Assembly (NCBI GenBank): GCA_902766965.1
Contig: CACXFJ010000081.1
Location: 4,332 to 68,331 of the forward strand
Source: an uncultured Eubacteriales bacterium
Lineage (GTDB): Bacteria; Bacillota; Clostridia; Christensenellales; DTU072
DNA: 64,000 bases
Direction of reading: 5' to 3'
Below the pieces are notes generated by a model, which ran no database searches, was not told the DNA's origin, and saw only the letters and a program-made list of their open reading frames with translations. Of the stretch, positions 1-10,100 are shown piece by piece (positions within the stretch are counted from its first letter, which is position 1; each line of letters starts with the position of its first letter). The translations under genes and the position numbers were made by a program.

Positions 1-1
1 G

Positions 2-277
2 CAGGAAATTCTGCCTATGCCCGTGGTCACGGGGGCGGCGGAGTATCCCGAGTATATAGAAAAACGGTTATTAAACGCCGAAGGAATAGACGCACTCTCT
101 CTTGCCGTCGCCGCCGGTAATTCCAAAGCCGCAAACTCGGTAATGATAGGGTATCTTACGAAAAAATGCGGTTTCGATAAGGAAGCGATGAAAAAAGCCC
201 TTACAGAAGCGGTTCCGCAAAAGTTCCTTACCCTTAACGAAAAGGCGTTCGAGTATGGTTACGGGGTGAAGGAATGA
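2..277 (+). CDS. iorB: C-terminal fragment of indolepyruvate/2-oxoacid:ferredoxin oxidoreductase beta subunit (5' end outside window)
   Basis: The frame is open from the window edge to TGA at 275-277. The tail (NSVMIGYL...NEKAFEYGY) resembles IorB/POR gamma-type domains. It is followed, with an ATGA overlap, by its usual partner, a phenylacetate-CoA ligase gene. Confidence 0.55.
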   Translation, partial: QEILPMPVVTGAAEYPEYIEKRLLNAEGIDALSLAVAAGNSKAANSVMIGYLTKKCGFDKEAMKKALTEAVPQKFLTLNEKAFEYGYGVKE

Positions 278-1596
278 AAAATATAAACGATTATATCTAC
301 TCGCCGCAATACGAGTGTATGACTCGCAGCGAGATGGAAGCGTTGCAGAGCGAAAGGCTCGTAAAGCTTGTAAAAAGGGTCTACGACAACGTTAAAGTTT
401 ACCGCGAGAAAATGGACGCGATAAAACTTAAACCCGAGGATATAAAGAGCGTAGCCGATTTAAGCAAACTGCCGTTCACGACGAAACAGGATTTAAGAAA
501 CAATTATCCTTTCGGTATGCTTTGCGACGACAAGGACGATATAGTAAGGTTGCACGCGTCGAGCGGCACGACGGGAAAACTCACCGTCGTAGGATATTCC
601 CAACGAGACCTCGACGTATGGCAGGAATGTATTTGCCGAGCTTTGGCTATGGCGGGGATAAGCAAAAAAGATATTATCCACATAGCCTACGGCTACGGAC
701 TGTTCACGGGGGGATTGGGACTTCACGACGGGGCGACTAAAATGGGTTGCGCCGTGGTTCCCGCGTCGAGCGGAAACACGAAAAGACAACTTTCTCTACT
801 TAAAGACTTCGGAGCGACCGTGCTTGCCTGTACGCCGTCCTACGCCGTTTATCTCGCCACCGAAATGGAGAAGAACGGTATAAATCTTGCCGACCTTAAA
901 TTGAGAGTGGGCATATTCGGAGCCGAACCGTGGTCGGACAGTATGCGCAGAGAGATAGAAAAAGAACTGAATATCACGGCATTCGATATTTACGGACTGA
1001 GCGAAATAACCGGACCGGGCGTAGCTATGGAATGCGTTTATAAAAACGGCAGTCACGTTCAGGAAGACCATTTTATTCCCGAAATAATAGACCCCGTCAC
1101 GTTGGAACCCTTGCCGTACGGAGAGGAAGGGGAACTGGTATTCACCACCATATCGAAGACGGGGCAGCCTCTAATCCGTTACCGCACGAGAGATATAACG
1201 TCGCTTAACGCCGAAAAATGCGCTTGCGGACGGACGACGGTAAGAATGAACAAGGTAGTCGGTCGCGACGACGATATGCTCATTATCCGCGGAGTCAACG
1301 TATTCCCGAGCCAGATAGAGGCGGCTATTATGAACGTAAACGGCATAGCTCCGCATTATATTATATACGTCGACAGAATAGGTAATCTCGACGTAATGGA
1401 AATACACGTCGAAGTAAACGAAAGTTTCGCCAGCGACAATATAGGGGATATGGAGATATTGCGGAGAAAGATAGAAAACGAAATTCAAAGTTATCTCGGC
1501 ATATCGTCGAAAGTAAAACTCGTCGAGCAGAACACCCTCCCGAGAAGCGAGGGCAAAGCGGTGCGAGTAGTAGATAAAAGAAAATTTACGGAATAA
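274..1596 (+). CDS. paaK: phenylacetate-CoA ligase (arylacetate-CoA ligase)
   Basis: 440-aa ORF with a PaaK-like N-terminus and an SSGTTGK adenylate-forming motif. The ATGA start/stop overlap with the iorB-like gene supports the call, as does the downstream ACT-domain gene typical of this cluster. Confidence 0.9.
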   Translation: MKNINDYIYSPQYECMTRSEMEALQSERLVKLVKRVYDNVKVYREKMDAIKLKPEDIKSVADLSKLPFTTKQDLRNNYPFGMLCDDKDDIVRLHASSGTTGKLTVVGYSQRDLDVWQECICRALAMAGISKKDIIHIAYGYGLFTGGLGLHDGATKMGCAVVPASSGNTKRQLSLLKDFGATVLACTPSYAVYLATEMEKNGINLADLKLRVGIFGAEPWSDSMRREIEKELNITAFDIYGLSEITGPGVAMECVYKNGSHVQEDHFIPEIIDPVTLEPLPYGEEGELVFTTISKTGQPLIRYRTRDITSLNAEKCACGRTTVRMNKVVGRDDDMLIIRGVNVFPSQIEAAIMNVNGIAPHYIIYVDRIGNLDVMEIHVEVNESFASDNIGDMEILRRKIENEIQSYLGISSKVKLVEQNTLPRSEGKAVRVVDKRKFTE

Positions 1597-1612
1597 TAAA
1601 AGGAGGTAAAAT

Positions 1613-2035
1613 ATGTTAGTAAAACAACTTTCAGTTTTTATGGAAAACAAACCGGGAAGATTATTCAAACTTACCGACACGTTGGGTAAGGCGGGCATAG
1701 ACTTCGTCACTTTATCCATAGCCGACACGAAAGAGTACGGAATAGTAAGGTTCATCGCCCGCGACAACGCCAAAGCCTACGACGTACTCAAAAAAGCGGG
1801 TTTCGCCGTGGAACAAACTCTTCTCTTAGGCGTGGAAGTTCCCGACAGACCGAACGCTCTTGCCGAAGTTATTGAACTTCTCGAAAAGGAAGGGATAAAC
1901 ATAGACTACCTTTACTCTTTCGCTCTATTCAAAGCAGACAGTGCGAAAATATTACTTAAGGTATCCGATACCGATAAAGCGGTATCCCTTTTTGCGGAAA
2001 AAGGAATAAAGATGCTTAACGAAAAGATATTGTAA
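1613..2035 (+). CDS. ACT domain-containing (amino-acid-binding) protein
   Basis: 140 aa with two ACT-like repeats (LSVFMENKPGRL..., LLGVEVPDRPNALAEV...). An AGGAGG ribosome-binding site lies upstream, and the gene sits in the conserved position after paaK. Confidence 0.8.
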   Translation: MLVKQLSVFMENKPGRLFKLTDTLGKAGIDFVTLSIADTKEYGIVRFIARDNAKAYDVLKKAGFAVEQTLLLGVEVPDRPNALAEVIELLEKEGINIDYLYSFALFKADSAKILLKVSDTDKAVSLFAEKGIKMLNEKIL

Positions 2036-2053
2036 CCGATAGGAGAAATACAA

Positions 2054-3289
2054 ATGAAATATACCGAACTGAAAAAACAGGACAAGGAAGTTTTTAACGC
2101 GATAAGGAAAGAAACTTCCCGTCAGAAAAAGACGATAGAACTTATCGCAAGCGAAAACTTCGTATCCGAAGCGGTACTCGAAGCGGTGGGAAGTCCTCTT
2201 ACAAATAAGTACGCCGAAGGATACCCCGGTCACAGATACTACGGCGGGTGCAAGTACGTAGATATTGTGGAGCGGATAGCGATAGACAGACTTAAAAAGC
2301 TTTACGGCTGCGACCACGCCAACGTACAGCCTCACTGCGGCGCGAACGCCAATTTCGCCGCGTACCTTGCTTTGCTTACCCCCGGCGACACCGTGATGGG
2401 AATGAGCTTATCCCACGGCGGACATCTCACCCACGGCTGTAAAGCAAACGTCAGCGGAAAGTATTACAAAATAGTACCTTACGGCGTAAGTCCCGTTACG
2501 GAAACGATAGACTACGACGAAGTGGAAAGGATAGCCGTCGAAAACAGACCTAAACTTATAGTAGCCGGCGCGAGCGCTTATCCGAGAGAAATAGACTTTG
2601 CCCGTTTCCGCGAGATAGCCGATAAAGTGGGCGCTTACTTAATGGTCGATATGGCACACATAGCGGGTCTTGTCGCGGCGGGACTTCATCAGAGTCCTAT
2701 ACCTTACGCAGACGTAGTGACGAGTACCACGCATAAGACCTTACGCGGACCGAGAGGGGGAATAATAATGTGCAAGGAAGAATTAGCCGCAAAGATAGAC
2801 AAGGCGGTATTCCCCGGCTCGCAGGGAGGACCGTTGGAACACGTCATAGCTGGCAAAGCGGTAGCTTTCGGCGAAGCTCTTACCGAGGACTTCAAGGAAT
2901 ATCAGCGTCAGATAGTAAAGAACGCCGCCGCTTTGGCAGACGAACTCGTTTCTTGCGGAATAAAGCTCGTATCCGGCGGCACGGATAATCATCTTATGCT
3001 CTGCGACTTCACTTCTTTGGGCGTAACGGGGCTCGAGGTGGAAAAAAATCTCGAAAAAGCCAATATTACCGTCAACAAAAACACCGTACCCAACGAAACG
3101 AGAAAACCCTCCGTCACGAGCGGAATAAGAATAGGCACGCCGTCCGTCACGACAAGAGGAATGAAGGAAGAAGAAATGAGACTGATAGCAAGGCTCATAG
3201 CGAAAATCGTTTTTGAAGGCAAAGCCGCTATTCCCGAGGTAAAAAAGGAAGTGGAACTTCTCGTAAAGAAATTCCCTCTCGATTATTAA
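2054..3289 (+). CDS. glyA: serine hydroxymethyltransferase
   Basis: 411 aa with the SHMT PLP-lysine motif [14 protein letters not shown] and full-length similarity to GlyA. Confidence 0.97.
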   Translation: MKYTELKKQDKEVFNAIRKETSRQKKTIELIASENFVSEAVLEAVGSPLTNKYAEGYPGHRYYGGCKYVDIVERIAIDRLKKLYGCDHANVQPHCGANANFAAYLALLTPGDTVMGMSLSHGGHLTHGCKANVSGKYYKIVPYGVSPVTETIDYDEVERIAVENRPKLIVAGASAYPREIDFARFREIADKVGAYLMVDMAHIAGLVAAGLHQSPIPYADVVTSTTHKTLRGPRGGIIMCKEELAAKIDKAVFPGSQGGPLEHVIAGKAVAFGEALTEDFKEYQRQIVKNAAALADELVSCGIKLVSGGTDNHLMLCDFTSLGVTGLEVEKNLEKANITVNKNTVPNETRKPSVTSGIRIGTPSVTTRGMKEEEMRLIARLIAKIVFEGKAAIPEVKKEVELLVKKFPLDY

Positions 3290-3357
3290 AAAACGACCGT
3301 AAAATCAAAGCGGAACGGATATTTGTCCGTTCCGCTTTTTCGTGTAGAAAAGTATTT

Positions 3358-4083
3358 TTATTCGTTTACCGCGTCGGCATTTTCGGGAATTTCGGGAGGA
3401 GCGGTTTCGTTTTTCGTTTCGGGTTTGTTCTTTTCGGTAAGAATGACGTTGACGCCGTTATATGCGGCGACTATCGCCTGACTTAAAAGTATAGCCGCTA
3501 ATATATCGGTAAACCAGTGTACCCCGGAAAGAAGTCTGCCGACTACGGCGAGTATCATTACGGCGTACGTCAGTATATTAGCGCAAATTCTTATCGGTTT
3601 GTTTTTTACAAGACGATTTATTTCCGTTATTCCCGTGCCGGCTATGCCGAGAATTATTAAGACGTGAGTGGAGGGGAAAGAGGCCTCCGCTTTCCCTTCG
3701 TCGAGTATCGGACGGCGATTAATTACCACCAGCTCGAAGAAAATGTACAAAAACACCATCGTAAGATACGTTATCGCAAGGGCGATAAGGGTATAGTCTA
3801 TTTCTTTGAGGCTTTTTCTTTTTATCCCCTGAAAAACGCCTAATCCCGCGAAAACGACCGCTTCCAGCATCGTCATCATCATCAGAACGTCGGTCAACTT
3901 TTTCCACCCGCCGTTAAATCCGATAGCGTCGGCGATAGCCTTGTTTATCGAGGCAAGCCCCACGTTACTGCCGTCGGCGGCGATAGGACGTACGTCCACC
4001 GTAAGAAGCAATATGAGTAACAATATAAAAAAGGCGAACAAAACGCCCGATATTATCAATTGAAATTTAGCTTGTTTGTTCAT
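3358..4083 (-). CDS. PAP2-family membrane phosphatase
   Basis: Multi-TM protein with PAP2 motifs (RRP..., SFPSTH, SGVHWFTD). I chose the start at 4083 (MNKQ) because GGAGAG lies 6 nt upstream; the track ORF extends to 4110. Confidence 0.8.
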   Translation of the reverse strand: MNKQAKFQLIISGVLFAFFILLLILLLTVDVRPIAADGSNVGLASINKAIADAIGFNGGWKKLTDVLMMMTMLEAVVFAGLGVFQGIKRKSLKEIDYTLIALAITYLTMVFLYIFFELVVINRRPILDEGKAEASFPSTHVLIILGIAGTGITEINRLVKNKPIRICANILTYAVMILAVVGRLLSGVHWFTDILAAILLSQAIVAAYNGVNVILTEKNKPETKNETAPPEIPENADAVNE

Positions 4084-4230
4084 TCGTATCTCTCCACAAT
4101 TAGTAAACATTCAAATAATACCACAAATTTATTATATTGACAAGTTTATTCTTTCGGAGAAGCGTCACAAGCACGTTGCTTTACGCCGCAAATAAACGAA
4201 CCTCAATCCGATAGCTCCGTTATCTGCGAT

Positions 4231-4254
4231 AAAAAAACCGCTCTTTCGGAGCGG
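4231..4254 (-). terminator. intrinsic terminator after the zinc-ribbon gene
   Basis: Stem CCGCTC/GAGCGG followed by a 7-nt U-run on the minus strand. Confidence 0.75.
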
Positions 4255-4268
4255 CCATATTACGAATA

Positions 4269-4559
4269 TTACGCAAACATTATGACTAAAAGCATTATAA
4301 AGTAAACCGCCATTGAAAAAATAGATATAATTATTCCGGCGATGGATAAACCCCTGCCGTTACCCGTTTTGTTTGCCGTTTTCAGTCCGATTCCGCCGAA
4401 TATTAAACCGAGTAAGGGGATTAAGAACGAACAAACGAACCCTGCGATAGCCATACCGTTGGTTCCTTCGCGTTTTTGCGTTCCTTGCGCGCAACCGCAA
4501 TAGGGGCAGATAACCGCTTCGTCTAAAATCGTACTTCCGCATCTTATACAATATTTCAT
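4269..4559 (-). CDS. zinc-ribbon / DUF4190-like small membrane protein
   Basis: The N-terminus has CxxC...CxxC (CIRCG...CPYCG), followed by two hydrophobic helices. A terminator follows at 4231-4254. Confidence 0.7.
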   Translation of the reverse strand: MKYCIRCGSTILDEAVICPYCGCAQGTQKREGTNGMAIAGFVCSFLIPLLGLIFGGIGLKTANKTGNGRGLSIAGIIISIFSMAVYFIMLLVIMFA

Positions 4560-4671
4560 TTATGTCCCTCCTAAAAATATATCTAATGTATACATTATAT
4601 ATCGTGGGTATCTATTAGTCAAGTATAAAAATGTTATATACTGTACACATTCATTAACGTACAGGTGATAT

Positions 4672-4875
4672 ATGAAATTACGGTTGTATGAAATTCTGAA
4701 AGAAAAGGGCAAGACGAAGTACTGGCTTTATATTCGTTTGGGGTTAAGCTATCAGAATTTTAACAAGATTATGAACAACGAAACGAACGGAATAAAGTTC
4801 AAGACGTTGCAAACGCTGTGCGAAGTGCTCGAATGTACGCCGAACGATTTGTTCGATATGAGCGAAGACGAATAA
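4672..4875 (+). CDS. XRE/Cro-type helix-turn-helix transcriptional regulator
   Basis: 67 aa with the typical short HTH_26/YozG-like pattern (...FKTLQTLCEVLECTPNDLF). Confidence 0.8.
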   Translation: MKLRLYEILKEKGKTKYWLYIRLGLSYQNFNKIMNNETNGIKFKTLQTLCEVLECTPNDLFDMSEDE

Positions 4876-4957
4876 TACGGCGTGATAAAAAATCGTAATT
4901 TACAATAAGTCCGAGGACGTATGCCGTCGAAAAATCATTTTCGAGAAAATTAAATAG

Positions 4958-4986
4958 TTGTATTACGGCGATAAAAATGCTATAAT
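4958..4986 (+). promoter_or_regulatory. candidate promoter of nadE (TTGTAT-17-TGcTATAAT)
   Basis: Hexamers at 4958-4963 and 4981-4986, with an extended -10 TG. Confidence 0.55.
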
Positions 4987-5030
4987 TTTCCCATAAATAA
5001 ATATGAGATAAATCTCTGTTAAGGAGCAAA

Positions 5031-6986
5031 ATGTCCGATTTTTTGAGAATAGCAACGGCGTCGCCCGAAGTTGCCGTCGGTAACGTCGAAAAAAACGTAA
5101 AAAATATCCTGTTAAAGGCTTACGAGGCGGATAGGAACGCCGCGCAGATAGTAGTCTTTCCCGAACTTTGTATAACGGGGTACAGCTGCGGCGATTTGTT
5201 CTTTCAGCATACTCTTCTCGAGGAAGCGAAAAAAGGACTGCGGGAAATCATAGAAAAGAGCAACGGTATGGACGCCATTCTTGCCGTAGGTCTTCCCGTA
5301 GACGTCAAGGGCAAGTTATACAACGCGGCGGCTATAATAAAAAGCGGCGTTTTGTACGGGCTTATCCCCAAGACCTTTATCCCTACCTATAACGAGTTTT
5401 ACGAACGCAGGTGGTTTTCTTCGGGGGCGGAACTTAAAGAAAAGACGGTAAGTTGCACTTCTCTCGGAATATCCGATATACAAGCTATCCCCGTACCTAT
5501 CGGGAACGATTTGGTGTTCGACGCGGGATTTTTCCGTTTCGGAGCGGAAGTGTGCGAAGATATTTGGGCGGCGGTTTCGCCCGGAGCGATTCTTTCTCTC
5601 AACGGAGCGGAAGTCATTCTTAACCTTTCGGCAAGTAACGAAATTATCGCGAAGAGAAATTACAGACGGACTCTCGTGTCGCAACATTCCGCCGCGCAAT
5701 TATGTATATACGCGTACTCTTCGGCAAGCTGTTCCGAATCGACGACCGACCTTATCTTTTCGGGACACTCTATGATTTGCGAAAACGGCAGAATAGTCGC
5801 CGAAAACGAGAAGACGATAGACGGCGATTACGTTCTGTACGCCGACGTCGATTTAGGCAAGATAAGAACCGACAGACTGAAAATAAAGACCTTTTCGGAG
5901 TGCTACGCCGTGTACGGCAGCGACAGAGCGGTAAGAGAAATCGCCCTTCCGTGCGCGCAGAGAGAAAACGATTTACGTTATCTTACGATAGCGAAACTTC
6001 CTTTCGTGCCGAGCAGCAAAAAGGACAGAGCCGAAAGGTGTATGGAAATTTTCGAAATGCAGGTAATGGGGCTGAAAAAAAGAATGGACGTGACGAACGC
6101 CCGTCCCGTGATAGGGGTAAGCGGCGGACTCGATTCCACCCTTGCTTTACTCGTCTGCGCGGAAGCGGTAAGGAGAAGAGGCAGACCTCTTACCGACGTC
6201 GTGGGAATAACGATGCCCTGTTTCGGAACTACCGACAGAACTTATAATAATTCCGTTACCTTAATGCGGAAACTCGGAGTAACGTATCTCGAAATACCGA
6301 TTAAGGAAGCCGTAATTCAACATTTTAAGGATATAGGACAGAATAAGGACAAGTTCGACCTCACCTTCGAAAACAGTCAGGCGAGAGAAAGGACGCAGGT
6401 CCTTATGGACTACGCCGGGAAGATAGGCGGTTTCGTCGTAGGCACGGGCGACCTTAGCGAACTCGCTTTAGGTTGGTGCACCTACAACGCCGACCACATG
6501 AGCATGTACGGCGTAAACTGCGGTATACCGAAGACTCTCGTAAGATGGATGATAGACGTGATTAAAGAAACCGATTCTTTCGTCGCGAGCAAGGAAGTAT
6601 TGTCCGATATACTCGACACTCCCATAAGCCCCGAACTGCTCCCCCCCGACGCAAACGGAAAAATCGCCCAGCAGACCGAAGAGATAGTAGGACCGTACGC
6701 GCTGCACGACTTTTTCCTTTACTATACCGTCCGTTTCGGCTTTACTCCCGAAAAGACGTATCTTCTCGCGAACAAGGCGTTTGAAAAGGATTTCGACAAA
6801 GCCACCGTAAAGAAATGGCTCGTCACTTTCTACCGCCGCTTTTTCAGTCAGCAGTTCAAGCGTAGTTGTTTACCCGACGGCGTGAAGATAGGAAGTATAT
6901 GTCTTTCTCCGAGAGGCGACTGGCGTATGCCGAGCGACGCGGACGGCGGCGACTTCGTAAAACGAGCGGAAAATTTACCGGAATAG
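5031..6986 (+). CDS. nadE: glutamine-dependent NAD+ synthase
   Basis: 651 aa. It has an N-terminal CN-hydrolase domain (VVFPELCITGY) and a C-terminal NAD synthetase domain with the SGGLDS PP-loop. Confidence 0.93.
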   Translation: MSDFLRIATASPEVAVGNVEKNVKNILLKAYEADRNAAQIVVFPELCITGYSCGDLFFQHTLLEEAKKGLREIIEKSNGMDAILAVGLPVDVKGKLYNAAAIIKSGVLYGLIPKTFIPTYNEFYERRWFSSGAELKEKTVSCTSLGISDIQAIPVPIGNDLVFDAGFFRFGAEVCEDIWAAVSPGAILSLNGAEVILNLSASNEIIAKRNYRRTLVSQHSAAQLCIYAYSSASCSESTTDLIFSGHSMICENGRIVAENEKTIDGDYVLYADVDLGKIRTDRLKIKTFSECYAVYGSDRAVREIALPCAQRENDLRYLTIAKLPFVPSSKKDRAERCMEIFEMQVMGLKKRMDVTNARPVIGVSGGLDSTLALLVCAEAVRRRGRPLTDVVGITMPCFGTTDRTYNNSVTLMRKLGVTYLEIPIKEAVIQHFKDIGQNKDKFDLTFENSQARERTQVLMDYAGKIGGFVVGTGDLSELALGWCTYNADHMSMYGVNCGIPKTLVRWMIDVIKETDSFVASKEVLSDILDTPISPELLPPDANGKIAQQTEEIVGPYALHDFFLYYTVRFGFTPEKTYLLANKAFEKDFDKATVKKWLVTFYRRFFSQQFKRSCLPDGVKIGSICLSPRGDWRMPSDADGGDFVKRAENLPE

Positions 6987-7155
6987 AAAAAATCACCGAA
7001 AACGGCGCGGACTTAATAGGTTTACGCCGCTTTTCTTATAAAATCAACGGTCGAAAGGCGAGTTTCGGTTCTATAAAAAATCCCGATAGACGTTGTTTTG
7101 TCGGCGATTTTGTGCTATCATAAATAATAGATTATTTCTCATATAAGGAGTTTAC

Positions 7156-10100
7156 ATGGCGGATAAATTCGTAATAAACTTAAGCTGCGCGTCGCAAATC
7201 GGTTACTATATGGTTCAGAACGGAATTTCGCCGATACAGAGGCTGTATATTAAGAACAATTCTACCGAGAACGTGGAAAACGCCGTCGTCGCAGTGACGT
7301 CGACGCCCGCGTTTATACTGCCCGAAGAGAGGATAGTGGACGTCTTTCAAGCGAGGGCTAATTTAAGGTTCGACACCTTCGGAAAGCTGTCGCCGCTTTT
7401 TATGGTTGCGCAGGACAGACACGTAGACGGAACGGTCACGGTAAGAGTCGTCGTAAACGGCGAAGTAGCGGCGGAAAGCACCGTAAACGTATCCGTTCTG
7501 GCGTTTAACGAATGTAATCTTCTCAATCCCGAATCGATAGCCACTTTCGTAAGACGTACGCAGGATATAAACAGGTATATAAATTTAGCGAAAAAAAAGC
7601 TCGCCGACTGGCATATCTCCGATAAAGGCAACGGCTACGGAAACAACGGCAAAAACGCCGTCCGTAACTATTTTGCGGCGTGTTACAGCGTTATTGCCGA
7701 AAACGGATTTATAAGGCAACAGCTCCCGTCTTCCGCGGAAACCGCCATAATTACCGATTTCGGAGAGGTCTTCGACAGTAAAATAGCCACCCCGTTGGAA
7801 CTTGCGCTCGTACTTGCTTCGATGGCGGAAGGGGCGGAGTTCAATCCCGTCATAGGTTCTGTCGACGGCAAGTTTTACGTCGGTTGTTTTCTTACCGAAC
7901 AGTGTTTTAACGACGTCGTGACGGACGATCCGTCGGCGATATCGGGAAAAACCGGTTCGAACGAGCTGTCGGTGATTTCCGTTGACGCTCTTTACGGCGG
8001 CGAATCCTTTGAAAAAGCCGAGAAAAACGCAAACGTCGCTATCAGAAAAGCTAATTTAGCCGACTATTTCGTCGATATAAAACGGGCGAGAATAATGGGC
8101 GTTAGACCGTTGCCGAACAGGGTTAAGACCGAAGTAGGGTACGACCTTATCGAAAGCTCCGACTACGTCACGGCGAAAGCTCCGAAAAAAATCAAGGAAT
8201 ATTCCGCCGATATTACCGGCGAAAACGTTTATTCGAGAGAAAAGCAGTGGGAAAGGCGGTTGCTCGAACTCGATTTAAGAAACGGACTTCTCAATTTCCG
8301 CGTTTCCGCCACCGCGGTAAAGGTTCTTACCTGCGCGTTGGAAGATTTCGTCGAAAACGTGATGAATACGAAACAGTTTACTTTTCACCCCCGTCCTTCC
8401 GACGTTAAGGAGGGCGACGAGAAGTATTCGGCGACCTTCGACGACGCGGAAACCCTCAAACCTCTTAAAGATTACGTTAAATACGAGTACCTTAACAAAA
8501 AATTGCATACGGTATACTCCGGTAAAGAACACGAAAAGACTTTGCTTAACCTTTTCAGAAAGGGCAAAACTTTGCAGGAAGAGTCGGGCGATTCGAGCCT
8601 TTATATTTGCGCGGGATTTTTAAGGTGGAGAGAAAACGACGACGACGGTTTCAAATACGCTCCCGTTCTTTTGTTCCCCGTGTCGATAAAGAAGAGAGGG
8701 GTATCTTCTCCCGTGTACACCGCCGACGTAGCGGTGGAAGACGCGCAGATTAACTGCACCTTGCTCGAATTCTTATATCAGGAATTCAATCTCGATATGC
8801 GGGGATTAGGGAACGTTCCTCTGACCGATTCGAGCAGCGTTATGGCTGTCGTAGCGAGAATAAAGAAAGAAATTTCCGACAGGAAGGGGTGGATTATTAC
8901 CGATAACGTGTTTATGAACGCTCTGTCGTTTACTAATTATCTTATGTGGAACGACGTAAGACTTCATATAGACAAAATGAAGGAGTCGCCCCTTATACGT
9001 TCCCTTATCGGAAACAGTCTCGACCCCGAATGTAATTGTTCCTCCGACGAAACGTTGACTTCCGACGACGCGTATATAGACAAAGAGGGTATGTATCTGC
9101 CCATAAGCGCCGACTCTTCGCAGTACGAAGCGATAGCCTCTTCGTTAAGGGGTTCTTTCGTCCTGCACGGACCGCCCGGAACGGGTAAGTCGCAGACAAT
9201 AACGAATATTATAGTCAACAACATAGTCCGCGGCAAGAGGGTGCTGTTCGTCGCGGAGAAGATGGCGGCGTTGAACGTGGTTTATAAACGGCTTAAAGAT
9301 ATAGGCGTGGGAGATTTTTGTCTCGAACTCCATTCCGACAAGACTCATAAGACCGACGTATTATCGCAGATTATCCGTACCCTTAATCTTACTCCCGACG
9401 TCGCGGAAAACGATTCCGCCGAAAAGCGCGAAGAGATAGCCGCCGACGTGGATAAGTTAAGTTCGGAAATAAACGCTATGCACAGGAAGAGATATTTAGG
9501 TTTTTCCCTGTACGAAGCGATGCTTGCCTATCTCGATAACGCCGACGCCCCCGACTGCCTTAGGATAGACAATTCGTTCTACGAAAAACTTACTTTGACT
9601 TCCTTTAACAAGCATCTCGATTTGCTTACCGAGCTTGCGTTACGGGCAAAGGAATGCGGAGATATAGAAAAATCCCCCTTTAAGTTTATAGGAAGGTTCG
9701 ATTACAGCGAAGAGTGGAGAGAAGACGCCGACGCTATGCTTTCCGTCTACCTTATGGAATTGAAGCATCTTAAACAGTACGCGAGGGAGTTGCAGACCTT
9801 GTTTAATATGCGTACGATTTCTCTGACGGGCGAAAAGTTAAAGGCGTTGTATATAATAGCCGACGCGTTGATTAACGATAAAAACGTCGTTAAGTTTTTC
9901 GTCAACGCCCGCGCGGCAGACAACGCGAAAGGGGTGGCGGAATCCTATTCCGAAGCGGTAAAGCACGGCAAGTCGATAGCCGAAGGATACGAAAAGGCTT
10001 ACGGAAAATATCCCGAAAAGATAAGCGTAGACGACGTAAAAGCCGCCAAAGCGAAACCGTTGTTCATACCGAGAAGCGTCAAAAAGATTATGCCCGCCGA

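Noticed and set aside
5702-6247. 181-aa Arg-rich plus-strand ORF inside nadE (alternative frame)
   Set aside because: It is an off-frame product of a CG-rich coding region with a highly basic, low-complexity translation.
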